DNA of 64,000 nt, from positions 130,138,001 to 130,202,000 of the forward strand of contig OX597816.1 of the NCBI GenBank assembly GCA_951406725.2. The letters are read 5' to 3'. The notes under the pieces were generated by a model. That model saw nothing but the letters and a program-made list of their open reading frames with translations, was not told the DNA's origin and made no database searches. Below are positions 26,319 through 39,034 of the stretch, one piece after another. The position numbers and the translations under genes are program-made. The DNA is from Octopus vulgaris. Its lineage: Eukaryota. Position 1 is the first letter of the stretch. Every line of letters starts with the position of its first letter.

Positions 26319-27626
26319 CTGTAATTAGAATTAATATAAAAAGTAACAATTACTTTCTTATGGATAGATATTAAAAAAATTTATAAGAATAATTTAGTGA
26401 AATTAATAAACAATCATAACATTAATTTTTACAAAGAGAATGTAACTCACTGACAATTCAGTGTCAAAGTGAAAGTTCTTTGTAATGAAAAAAAGGAAGA
26501 AAATTGTAGAGGAAACATTAAGCGAAATATTTGTAAGGAACATTCAACAATTAAGTATATATGCAATGATTATTGGTATACTTACTCTTTATCCTTGTTT
26601 GTATATTTCCTAAATCAATGCCTTAACTCCCATGTCTATTTGCTCTACCTTACAAACACACTAACTAAACCAAAAAAAGTATGAAACAACTACTTAGAGA
26701 AACTAATTTTTATCAAAAATCAAATGACTATAGAAAATGTTTATAGATGCAGAAAAATACACAGAGTTTATAAATATAAAAGAAAAAAAAACAGAAGTTA
26801 ATCTAGCACTTGGTATCACTGATTTAAGGTTCGATTATTTTATTGTTTTCATGGTTTCAGTCATTGGCATATTGGCCACCTAGAACACTTCAATACAGAG
26901 TATAGTTAATTTATATAGATGCCAATATTCATCTCATCAATCATAGAAGGGTGAAAGACAAAGTCAACCTGAGTGTGATTTGAACTCAGACACAAATACC
27001 ACATTATACAGTCATCATTGTTTAATTCTTGAGCTTTCAGATTACTCAATCAACTATAATGCTTATCTATCCACATTGTTTTGAATTAATCATGGATTAT
27101 CTCATAGCTTTGTGAATTCTATATTGTTATTGTTTATTTTTTAGCATGACATTGAAAGGTAGGTGCAAGAAGCCAGATCTGGCCAGCCTGAACATAAAAC
27201 AGAATACTTAGGACTAATATGGCTGGTTTAAACATCAAAGGTTTAATGACTACTTTTCTATGCTTGCATGGGTCAGATACAATTTGAGGCAGATTTTCAA
27301 TGGTTAGATGTCCTTCCTCTTTTGCACCCAAGCTGAGTAATATGCTTCCCCAAAGAATGGGGAAATGAAGGACATTGGTTTGTATAATGGTGATGTTTGT
27401 TTATAGTTATTGCATGTAAAAAAACAAACACACAAATGCACACATATAAATATAAATGATGGGCTTCCATGTACCAAATCCACTCACAAGGGATTGGTTG
27501 GCACAGAGCTATATATAGAAGGCATTTGCCCAAGATGTCACTCAGTGGGATTGAATCTAAAACTACATGAGTGGAAGGAAACTTAATTGCACAGCCATGC
27601 CTGTGACTATTTATATATCTATCTAA

Positions 27627-27661
<35 letters not shown>

Positions 27662-28035
27662 CATATACATACATTTGATGGGCTTCCAAACATTTTCTAT
27701 CAACTGAATCTCTTTGCATGGCTTTTGTAGTAAACACTTGCCCAAGCAGTGCAATCAAACCTGGAACCATATGGTAGTGAAGTGTTGTTTTTTAATCACA
27801 AAGCCATGCCTATTCCCAGAAATTATGAGCTAAGAAGGTTATCTATTATGCCACAGGCCTTATTACATGATCAAGAAGTATATTAAAAAAGTAGACCAAA
27901 CTGAATAGAAAAGTTACACAGATTAAAAAAAAACTATAAAAAATTTAAAAGAATTATTCCATATTATAGTTAGAGAAGCATTTTATACTTTAAAAAAAAA
28001 AGCATTTGAAAATATGTAATTAGAAATGTTCTCAC

Positions 28036-28248
28036 ATTTAATGGTTCTTCTTCATCACAATGTCCATTCACTAGAAGGTCTCCATATTCACCAATACACC
28101 AAGAAGCAACTTGGACCAAAGGTTGCTGCTCGATATCCATTCCAATAGCTTTATACAGTTGATAAACTGTATATGTATGTAGATTGCTGGTACTAGCTAT
28201 TAACTGAATCAAAATAGAGACTACATCTCCACGCACTGAATTACCAGC
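28036..28248 (-). CDS. AP1G1: AP-1 gamma adaptin exon
   Basis: [20 protein letters not shown]...[31 protein letters not shown]; overlaps ORF 27970..28236. Confidence 0.97.
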
Positions 28249-29294
28249 CTAGAAAAATCAGAAGCAGTCAAGAACAAAGGTTTAGTATTTCAGCAAAAAA
28301 ATAAGAATTTTCAATTTTAAATTAGCAAATAAATGAATAATTGCAAGAGCCTTAAAAATTAAAAAAAATTATAAATACTGTTCAATTAATTTATTACCAT
28401 ATCACAAAATTATAGTAAAATACAATGTATAAATAGACGACACAGTGTCTGACAAAGGCAAAATTGGTGGCAAGAAATCAAGCATTCTTTGTTATAGTTC
28501 TGATAATTAAAAGGAAAAATTACAAGGACTGAAAGGCAAAGTCAACCTCAGAAGAATCTGAACTTAGAGTATAGCTGGAAGAAATGCCACTAAGCATTTT
28601 GTCTGACATGCTAATAATTCTGCCAGTTTGCTGCCTTCAGAATAATAATTATTCTTACTATATGCACAAGGCCTGGAGTTTTGTGGGTGGGTGGGAATGG
28701 ATGAAAGGCAAATTGATCCTACCAAGTTACTGCCTTAGTAATAATAATAATGGTTTTAAAATTTTTGGCCAGCAATTTCAGGAGAGGGTATAAGTCAGTT
28801 ACATCAACTGGTACTTATTTTATTGACCCTGAAAGGATGAAAAGCAAAGTCGAACTTGGTGGAATTTTAATTCTGAAAGTTAAGATGGATGAACTGCCAC
28901 TAAGCATCTTGTCTGGCATGCTAATGTAGCAAGCCATCTTATATAATAATCTTTTGCAAATGTTTTTTTGAATGAGTGTATCTTAGGATTAATATTTGAA
29001 AGGTTTACCAGTGTACATGAATCTTGCTAATATTGCTTGTATTACAAATACATAGATATTTGGCTTAACCAGAATAGTTTAACACCCCAAGACCTAACAG
29101 AAAATTATTCAAGAATTTGATTTATGCAAGTGTACAGATGCCTGAAAACTTTAGAACTAGAGTACCATCACAGAATTGAGTTTCAGAGTTGTAATTTTTT
29201 AAAATTTAAAACTAGTCTCAATGTTTTTAAAACTCAATTATTTAAAAAATTATCTCAAATTTTCAACTTTTCAGACCATATAGCTTAGACAATT

Positions 29295-29880
29295 CATCAT
29301 CATCATTGTTCGACTGTGGTCGAGACAATGGAATTTACCATGCTACGCCAGACTTCACGGTCCATCATGGCATTACGGAGGTCCTGTTACTTGATGCCTG
29401 TATCCCTGGAGATTACATCAGGGTAGGAGAGTGTGCGCCCTCTGGTATTGCGAGTAAATGGCTTCCAGAGGAGAAGAGTAGAAATTACTTCTTTTTCAGC
29501 TCTATAACAATGTCCAGCAAACTGGACTCTCCTACCTTTCACAAGAGATGAGACAGGTGGTAGTTTCCCATATATTTGCATTTTGGTTGGATGGCGCCTA
29601 CACGAGAGATTTTGAGCTCTCATAAGGAGGCGAGTGTAGGTTCCATCCAACCGCCTCTCAAGCTTCTTTGATAACGTCCAGGTTTCTGAGCCATATAGTA
29701 GAATTGGTTCGACTGTGGCTTTGAAGATTTCAAGTTTGAAGTCTCTATTTAGATTTGATGACCAGATCTTATGCATGTCATTACAGGTTGACCAGGCCAT
29801 ACCCTTTCTAGTTAGAAAGTCTTTTCCAGATGATGATATGTATGACCCAAGATATTTGTAATCAGAAACCATATTTAAGG
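29295..29880 (-). mobile_element. 5'-truncated RTE-clade LINE (RT C-terminus)
   Basis: YKYLGSYIS..ILLYGSETWTL..RRVQFAGHCYR; one premature stop, then QDLRNAMMDREVWRSMVNSIVSTTVEQ running into a (TGA)n tail. Confidence 0.9.
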
Positions 29881-30796
29881 GCGCATTACAAGTTGTTTGA
29901 ACTTAGAGCAACTATTAAATGACTGTTCATTTATAGTCTCGTATTCTTACAAAGAGGTTTCAAATTTTATTCATTTAAACTCTGAAACCATTTCCATATT
30001 CCACTGGGGGCATTACTATTTTTTTTTCCAGCTTAATGATATGTAACTATAGTGTATGTAAAGCTTATGTGGTGAAAGGACTTGTTTTTGATATTAGTTT
30101 ATTGCACTGATGAAATGATGGGGGTGGGAGAGAACTGGTAAAGCTATAATAAATTTGTAAATTAGAGACATGTTTCCATTATGACAACCAGTTTCCTTAA
30201 AGTCTATGTCTCCTTTGTTATGGTCTCTGTGTTTTGGGTGAATGGCACTTAGAATCTAGTCTTTTGCATGTGCATAGTGACACCACTATCTAAAATAATG
30301 AACTGTATGAAGCAATGTTCTCAAATGATGTTTAAAGATAAGTGAATAACAAGGTTGCTAATAGGACATAATATGGAGAGAGATATACAGCTACAAACTA
30401 ACAACTCAAATTTGTTTTAAACATTACAGCTAAAGCTATACTTATGTCTTATTCAACTACAATGAGGAATTATGTTCTGTATGTTGTCTTTATTTTAGTT
30501 AAGGACACTGAAGTAAATAGAACATTCCTTTGTTTCTAAAACTTCAGTGACATGTTTGTAAGTTTTATACTGTTCAACCAGATCTTTTAGTCAAATATCT
30601 TTTTTCTTTCTTTTTTTTTCAGATTAGTAAGAAACTTCATATTGCAAATACCAGTTCCTGAGTAAGTTTAATCTCATTCAGTCAGTGCACATTTACCATT
30701 TAGATATAAATAAATAGTAGTAACATAATCCGAAATCAACCAAAACAGTTAAAGCTTGCACAATGAACTTAATGCCAACAGTAATGCAATACTAAC

Positions 30797-30851
30797 CGTT
30801 GTCAAAACTTTTACCACAGTATCAATATGCCATCGTTTGTTTGGTGCATAC
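30797..30851 (-). CDS. AP1G1: AP-1 gamma adaptin exon
   Basis: YAPNKRWHIDTVVKVLTT, tag|..|gttagt. Confidence 0.96.
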
Positions 30852-32203
30852 CTACAATAATTAAAGGTAACATTTTAGAAACTCTCAAACATTTACAAGA
30901 AACAGTAAAAAGGATAAAATGTTTTGAAAATGAATTTTCAAAAAAGTTCAAATAATTTTATTTGACAAATATACAGCACTTCAAACATTAAAGTGGTGAA
31001 CAACATATGGTAATATGTAATTGTTTTCTAGCTCTGCATTTTTGAAGATGACTGCAATGAAAAATCTCAAACTTGAAAAATATGTCAAGGTTAATGATAG
31101 CAAGGGCATCTAGCTGTAAAACAATGTCTTGATAATATATGTATTGATCTAACTGATATTAACATGACAAAATGTAAAATGCATGAATACATGTACAAAA
31201 TAGATAAAAATGTAGTTTTCAAAAGCATCAATGGTTTTAGTACCAAAATTTCACGAATTAGAGGAATCTGCCCTGTAAAAAAATCAGTCTCCAAAATATT
31301 AGTAATAAAATAAACTACATTATTTATTTTTTAAACCTTGCCCTGTTCATTCTAATCACACATTGAAAGTAGAAAATAGTAGTTCTTGTCATTTTGACAA
31401 ATTTAATTTACACATCATAAACTATCTTCCTTTATCATGTGCATTATAACTGCCCTCTACCATGTTGCATTCTACATTTGACATAGGTATTATAAAGGCT
31501 GTTCTTAGCATACACACTTTTATTGTTGGCAAAGGCATTAAATGTCGTAACTTTTAAAAACATTTCATAGTTTAATTTCCAGAGCTGGTAAAGTAACATA
31601 TATAACTAATGAAATACATCCACCAATAAAATTTATTCTATTTTTGAAACAGTAATCCACCTGTACAACAAAATTTGTCAATCTGTTACACAACACAGCT
31701 TATCTACTCATTTCTTTCCAACTGATTGAACACATTCACTTTTCTGTTATGATCCTTTCCATCAATGATACTAAATTCTATAAAAGAGAGAGACACTCTA
31801 TATTGAAAGTAACCTATTTAAAACAGCTGTTCCAAATTAAAGTAATATATCACCAGTGTAATAATTGCAAGCTGGATACGTGCAGAGATATGTTTAAATA
31901 CTGGTAAATAGAGTCACTTATATCATCATATTGGAGGCCATTATGACCACCATCACTCCACCTAATAAAACATCTAACTCAATTTTAAACTCATGGTGAT
32001 GGCCAATAATGAAATTATGTAATTAAAAGATAACAAAACACCTTAAAGATTTACAAATCTATCATTTATAGTTTGTGTTATTAAATCCTTCATGTTGTGA
32101 GTCACTGTAGTTGATATGTATCTACTAATTTAGCTATCAACTATAGTGGCACTCAGCATGAGTTAAACAGTAAAGCCTGAGAAAATTAAAGAATAGAAAT
32201 TAC

Positions 32204-32344
32204 TTTTCAGCAGCCAAGACTATGTTGGAACAACAGTCTGCTTTAAATTCAGGATCACAGGTTTCCAGAAATGTAAGCAGCTCTTTAACCATTCCTCGTA
32301 CATTGGAGCTACTGATGAGAGCAAAACATAGTTCCATAGCACGT
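32204..32344 (-). CDS. AP1G1: AP-1 gamma adaptin exon
   Basis: [46 protein letters not shown](K), tag|..|gtaatt. Confidence 0.96.
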
Positions 32345-33492
32345 CTAGAAGAAAAAAAAAATGAAATAACAAATATAAGTTCTCAAATTATGGCATTTAT
32401 ATGATGGCAGAAACCTTACTTTTTAATAAAAAAACTCCCTATCAAAAAGTAGAGGTGGTACTCAAGTTCTTGTCAGGACAAATAAAGCAAATACAGAAAG
32501 TAGCTTTGCCTGGAGATATAATGTGTAAATCTACGAAGTACAAGCTTAATTTATAAGCTTTACAACGTACCACTTCAATTCAAAATGTAATTACAGATTT
32601 CATATTAACTTTAATAAAAATACATGTTTGTGTATTTTATTGTGGGTGTTGGAAAGCTTAGAAGTGTGGGGAGTGTATGTAAAATGGTTGGGGTTTTTGG
32701 AGAGTTTACTATATTTGTTTTTAGCTGATGAGAGTGATTTGTGTAGGATTTTGTGTAGCATTGGAGTGTAAGTGTGAATGATTATGTGTTAGAATAATTG
32801 ATCTGTTATTGTGATAAGAAAGAAGATGGAGAAGTTTAATTTGTTATTCAGTGGCATAGTGTGTAAATGTGTGTGTGTGTGGGTGGATGTTTTGGCAAAT
32901 GAGCAGGCATAGATGTTTATTTGTGAAAATGAGATCAATTGGTACTCAGAATTATTTTAAAGGCCAGGGTAAAGATTTTTAGAGGTGTGTTTGTGAATGA
33001 AGAATTTTTGAAGGATAAGTGATGGTGAAGACAAGAGAGTTGAGTTTGGGAATTTGGGTTTTTTTTAAACAAAATTTGTGTGTGTGGGAAGGTATAGGGG
33101 TGGTGTTGGATGGTAGGTGGTATTGAGAATCATGAGTTTGTTAACATGCTTAGAGTGTGGGGGAAGAGAGGCAAAGAGGAGGAATTGGTTATAGCAAACA
33201 GGTTATCAACAATGGAAGGACAGAGATATTTTACAAGTTGAAGAGGAAACAACATGTTCCACAATTTTAAAATATCTAGTGTTAGAACAGGTATGACCAT
33301 GTAGCTAAGAAGTCTGCTTCACAACCACATGGCTCTGAGTTCAGTTCTATTCTACAACACCTTGGGTAAGTGTCTTCTACTTCTGTTGCAACCATGCAGA
33401 CTAGTCTCTGAAGGCCTGCAATCTGTCATGCGAGCTGATCTTCCTCCTATGACTAAGTACAAAAAAGAACAAATGTGAACTACTTGACTTAC

Positions 33493-33606
33493 TTCCGAAT
33501 AGAAATATCAGGGTCTCTCAAGCAGTCAACAATTGTGGTCCGGTGTCGCTGTACAGCATTGTGATCAGCATATACAACTCGCAGTAGTGTGTTTAAAGCA
33601 ACATAT
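33493..33606 (-). CDS. AP1G1: AP-1 gamma adaptin exon
   Basis: [37 protein letters not shown](K), cag|..|gtaagt. Confidence 0.96.
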
Positions 33607-34237
33607 CTGCAACAATAAAAAATATTAATCTTAATTAAGCTTTCATCTAAGATCAATATAATTCTGTCAATCTACTACTGTTTTTTTTAAATAATAACAA
33701 AATTATTTCATACATATATATCATATTCTAATAAGTTCACATTTCTTTGCAAAATTATTCTTCATCAGAATTAGTTCCTCATAATAGTCAAATAAAGAAA
33801 AAGTATCAATGAAAAAACACAATTCTATTTCCTAACACTTCTTTTCTTCTTTTAGGATACACTCTCTTGTGTAAAGAACTTAAAGCGGTTGTACATGTTT
33901 TGGAAATGATACAACAAATCAAAGACTGCAAAATCCATAAAATTGAACACATTTTTGTGTTATAAGAAGTGAATGCTAATGCTTCAGGTAGAGTTCTCCC
34001 CGAGAGAAGTTACTATACAAACATTTTGATAAAGTTGGCTGAGCTAAATAGTCTAAGCAGAATGAAGATTTTATGACACTACTAATTATATATGAATTGG
34101 TCTAATGATCTGAACAATATCTGTGGCAACAATATATAATATCTGTTCAAATTCTTTAAATGAATTCTCAATTTAAACATTAACAACAGAAATAGGAAGA
34201 TAGAATGTCATTAAAAGCAAGGGAAATATTTACATAC

Positions 34238-34293
34238 CGAATATTTTTGTCACTATTCAAAAGGAATCTACCCAAAATATTTACAGCCAAAAC
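34238..34293 (-). CDS. AP1G1: AP-1 gamma adaptin exon
   Basis: VLAVNILGRFLLNSDKNI(R), tag|..|gtatgt. Confidence 0.96.
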
Positions 34294-35319
34294 CTAAAAG
34301 GAGATTTAATATTATTTTTAATTTATCAGACATATAAAATCAGACATAAAATATTTTTAAATTTTCAAAATAGACTAAGGTAACAAATCTCTTGCAAATG
34401 TTAAAATATTTTCAAACATTCATCAACTGCATCATTTTTATGTTTCTGATGATAGAAATTACTAGAGTTGAACAAAGAGTCTAATTCATTTATCATTCTA
34501 TTTAAAAAAAATTTTTGTCATTTTTGTCAATTTCCAAGAATCCTGTGTTCATTCTGATGTGTCTTCATATATCTTAATATATTCTGCTCTAACTTACATT
34601 TTAGGAAAATTTGCATTAGAGCCTCATAAAACTGTTTAAAAATTATTATTAATTAAGTTTTGTGAAACAGTAATGGAAGACAGATCAGCAGAGGTAAATT
34701 AAGGCCTTGGAAATAAAATGACATGTATTAGAAATTTTTTGGAAAAAGATGCCTTACAAAAACATCCAACTCATAACAGTATTAAAAAAAAAAAAGACAT
34801 TATCCTTTGCTTGTCCAAAGTATTTTCTTAATTTTGTCCTAAATGTCCATGCTTAGTCCTTGTTTCATGTTCTGAGTAATATAATGCTTTCCTTTCATAA
34901 TTTCCAACTTACTATGATGGTTTAAAAAAATCAGGAATGTGTATTATGTATGATGCATGGACAGCAGGAAATTATGTCCTGTCTATCACATATGATATAC
35001 AGGACAGGCAAAGGGTTTACCTTTACTGCATGAGAACTGTGCACATGTACTTGAGACACATGAACCAAGTTAACTCATTTTTGATAGTAGGGTATTTTCC
35101 ACAAATACTACATTTCATATGATGTAGTAGGCACAATTAACTAATAATTAATTCAGTATCTGCACATTATTATGCAAAAATTTAAATAGTGCAGTGAGGG
35201 TTAATACATCATTTTTGACAGTGTTAAATAATGCATCCTTCCAAAACTCATTCATTAAAATAACTATAAAAAAAAGTAGGAAGTAGATTCTTTTGAAGAA
35301 TGAAAATATTCCCACTTAC

Positions 35320-35418
35320 TCTCAAACCAGCTTCTGACTGAATACCCATGATGGTCAAAACTATCTCATACAAGATAGCATGTCCTACATTTTTACTGGT
35401 GTCTGTGTTTGTAGCAAC
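35320..35418 (-). CDS. AP1G1: AP-1 gamma adaptin exon
   Basis: [33 protein letters not shown], cag|..|gtaagt. Confidence 0.96.
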
Positions 35419-35753
35419 CTGAATTTTAAGATATTTTAGAATGTTACATCAACCACAAAAAGTAAGTAAAGATTTATATCATTAAATGTCTTAATTTTTC
35501 CTACACTTTTTACAATAATACTTCATTAGAAAATAAATTCCATTAAAATACATGGAAAAATTATAATATAGATTTGTTAAATGGTCATTTTAAAATGTTC
35601 ATAAAATCTCTGAAAGGGATAAATGGAAGAGAATTTATTTTATTTTGTAAGACAATAATTTTAGAATACAAAAAATACTTTAAATACAAAATATAATTAA
35701 CATAATATATGAATATAAATTTTGGAAAAGAATAGAAAGTTTTTACAACTCAC

Positions 35754-35834
35754 TTGTGCAAGAATGTCATTCATTGTCTCACTGGCTTCCAAATCCAGTC
35801 TACCAAGTATCCTTAATAGCCGAAGGATTTTTAC
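35754..35834 (-). CDS. AP1G1: AP-1 gamma adaptin exon
   Basis: VKILRLLRILGRLDLEASETMNDILAQ, ag|..|gtgagt. Confidence 0.96.
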
Positions 35835-37499
35835 CTAATGAAACAAGAAATACTTTTTAGAATTTCAGTAGGGGTTTGTTATATCGTAAGTTGGGATAGA
35901 AAAAAAGAAGAAAAAAAAAACAATCAAAAGATGCTAGCTTTTGAGTAACATCTCCAACTTATTTAACATTAAAGTACTTCTTCAGCTGCAGCTAAATAAG
36001 CTGAAACCGTTATTAAAAATTATACAAAGAACAAAAATACTGGATGAAACTCTGGCAATATCATGTAGTTTTCACTTCGTCTTTAATTTCAAAAAAACTA
36101 TTCCTATTTTCACAAATAAAACAACTTACAGGAAGCTACTACTATATCAAAGATTCTAATTATAATAATTCTACTAAAGGCACAATGCCTGAAATTTGGC
36201 AGGAGGGTACTTGATTACATCAACCCCAGTGTTTCACTGGTTCTTAAGTTATCGACCCCGAAAGGATGAAAGGTAAAGTCGACCATGGCAGAATTTGAAC
36301 CCAGAACATGTTGCTAAGCATTTCAGCTGGTGTGCTAACGATGCTGCCAGTTTGTCAAAGATCTTAGACTCCTCCATGGAATATTAAATTTATAACACTT
36401 CAAATGCAATTTATAATTATTGTTATCATCAGAGTAGTTGAACTGCTTCCATTTATGCTATCTAGCAATGACTATCTTTCATACAACTGGTGCTAGTGAT
36501 ATAACTGTGTCAATTGTATAGGCCTATTACTTCATCAAAAGGAACTTTGTGCTAAGATAAAGAAATAATTAGTAGTTGTTGGCATTATCACAACCAACAA
36601 CAATTGTGTCAACTCCAGATAAGTCATTAAAATAAAATTAAATATAGCAGAGATATTGATACCTGTGAATGCTTGGTAGATATTATAAAGGTAAAGTACC
36701 ATATTTATTAGTTTATTATTATCTATGTATTGTTCTATCTTAAATAACTATTTCTAAGAAGGATGATTTAAATTTAAACGTGAGCCAATTAATAATATTA
36801 CTTAGCACACGATACAATTTCACTAGCCAATGCACCTGCCTGTCCACCCACTCCACTGATCTTGAAAATCTTGAGTGAATTGCCATTAGTCTAAAACTTC
36901 CCTCCCTCCTATACAAATAAAGATAAACCTGTCATTCTCTTAAGAATACTTTGACCCACACTAATTTTGATAAAACCATTGTTAGCCTTTTCACCACAAC
37001 CAAGACTTTTCACCCATTTAATCCCACCTGAACTATGATGAAATTGATAAATTTGAATGGAGACAGTATAAGAAAGTAGCCATCCAACATAAAGCAGTGA
37101 ATAAAAAGCACCCACTGTAAAGTAGTTAGTGATAGGAATGGCATCAAGATGGAAAACAGTTGCTAACAACACCACATACACAACAAAAGTTAGCTAGTTT
37201 TTTCATTTATTTTGTGTGCTAGATGCGCAGTGCACAGTAGTCAGGGTGTAGAACCATAGCAGATGGCAGGATGATGGACTATGGCGAGAGGTGTGGTGAC
37301 ACAAAGGAGCACAGTGGGTGGTGCAGTTGACCTGTCTAGAAAGTAGTAACTTTGGCTAAGAACTAATATTGGGTAGCAGAGATTCTTCAGTTCTGCTTAC
37401 GTAAGACAATTTCTCTCATTCTGCTGACATAAGATGTACCCAATACACTCTGAAGGGATAAGTGATAGAAAGAACATCTAGCCATAAAACTATGCCAAA

Positions 37500-37700
37500 A
37501 GCGGTGAGCTGGCAGAAATGTTAGCACGCCAGGCGAAATGCTGAGTGGTATTTTGTCTGCCATTACGTTCTGAGTTCAAATTCCGCCGAGGTCAACTTTG
37601 CCTTTCATCCTTTCGGGGTCAATGTAATCAACTTAATCCCTTTGTCTGTCCTTGTTTGTCCCCTCTATGTTTAGCCCCTTGTGGGCAATAAACAAATAAG
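37500..37700 (+). mobile_element. SINE family 2
   Basis: Family consensus; 13-bp TSD aaactatgccaaa. Partial minus-strand copies at about 28530-28635, 28800-28925 and 36210-36355. Confidence 0.88.
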
Positions 37701-38872
37701 AAACTATGCCAAAGTAGAATGTACAAGCAAGATATGGAGTCTGCAAGCTGTATCATATACTACTTGTTTAAGAGAGTATTAACTTCAAATAAGATTGATA
37801 CATAGTAGCGAGAACACTTTCATCTTCTTTATCTATGACATTTTCCTTAATCCAGGTGGCACCTATGCATCCTGTGAAGTGTTTGGTGATAAGAAGTACC
37901 CATACCAAAAATCAAATATCAACAAGATGTGGATTCTGCCTAAAAGTCACATCACAGGCTACCCAATCAAGTGGTCAGTAATTTCAAATAAGAACTTATG
38001 TGGACTATGACAACTCACACAAACCATGCCAGTATGGAAAAATGAATGTAAAAATGATCATGATGATGTCAGCAAACTGCATAAAACAATACCTTAGCAT
38101 TGAGTTTAACACATTAAGTATGAATGAAATTGTTGCAGAATTTTCTTACATTTTCTGTAGCTACATCTAGATCATTATATGCATGTGAAAACTTCACGCA
38201 GCAAAATATACACAGAATTGTTTGTTGAAATTATATCATAAGATTATTTCCTGTTTTAATTATCTTTTAAAGTTCTATACTGTGCCACCAAACTTAGTTG
38301 TTATAATATTCTGCTGCCCCCCACACACCGCAATAACAATTCAATTACATAAAGCAAACCTCATGAACATTTCCAGTATAAACATATGAGTAGCAGACAG
38401 TAGAACTATTTCGTACTTTAAATATCAACATCATTACATCTGCTTTCCATACTAAGGGAAGTTTTGCACCATAAAACCAAATGTGAGCTGAAAGGCAGGC
38501 TGGTAGCAAAAGAGTGAATAATATATAGTATTACGATAATGATGATTTCTAACACAGGCGCAAGGTCACAAAATTCACTTGGGCTACAACTGAATGTATC
38601 TACTTCAGTACATGATTGGTATTTAATATTATCAACACCTGAAGAATGAAAGATAAAGTCAATCTCAAGTTTTAAATTCAGAATCTAAAGGGATGTACTA
38701 AAATTCTTCAAGATGTTTTGACTTTGCTCCATCAATTCTATCCCTCTACCCATTCCAGTTCTCTTTACTATTGTAATAATAGTACAAGAAAAGTGAATAT
38801 AACAGCAAAAGTGTTTTTTAAAAGATTTGGTCACACTGAAAGAATAAAAAAAAATTTCAAATAAACAATTTA

Positions 38873-39034
<162 letters not shown>

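Noticed and set aside
32620-33200. G/T-skewed intronic tract
   Set aside because: Looks like a decayed retroelement or low-complexity sequence; no interpretable frame.
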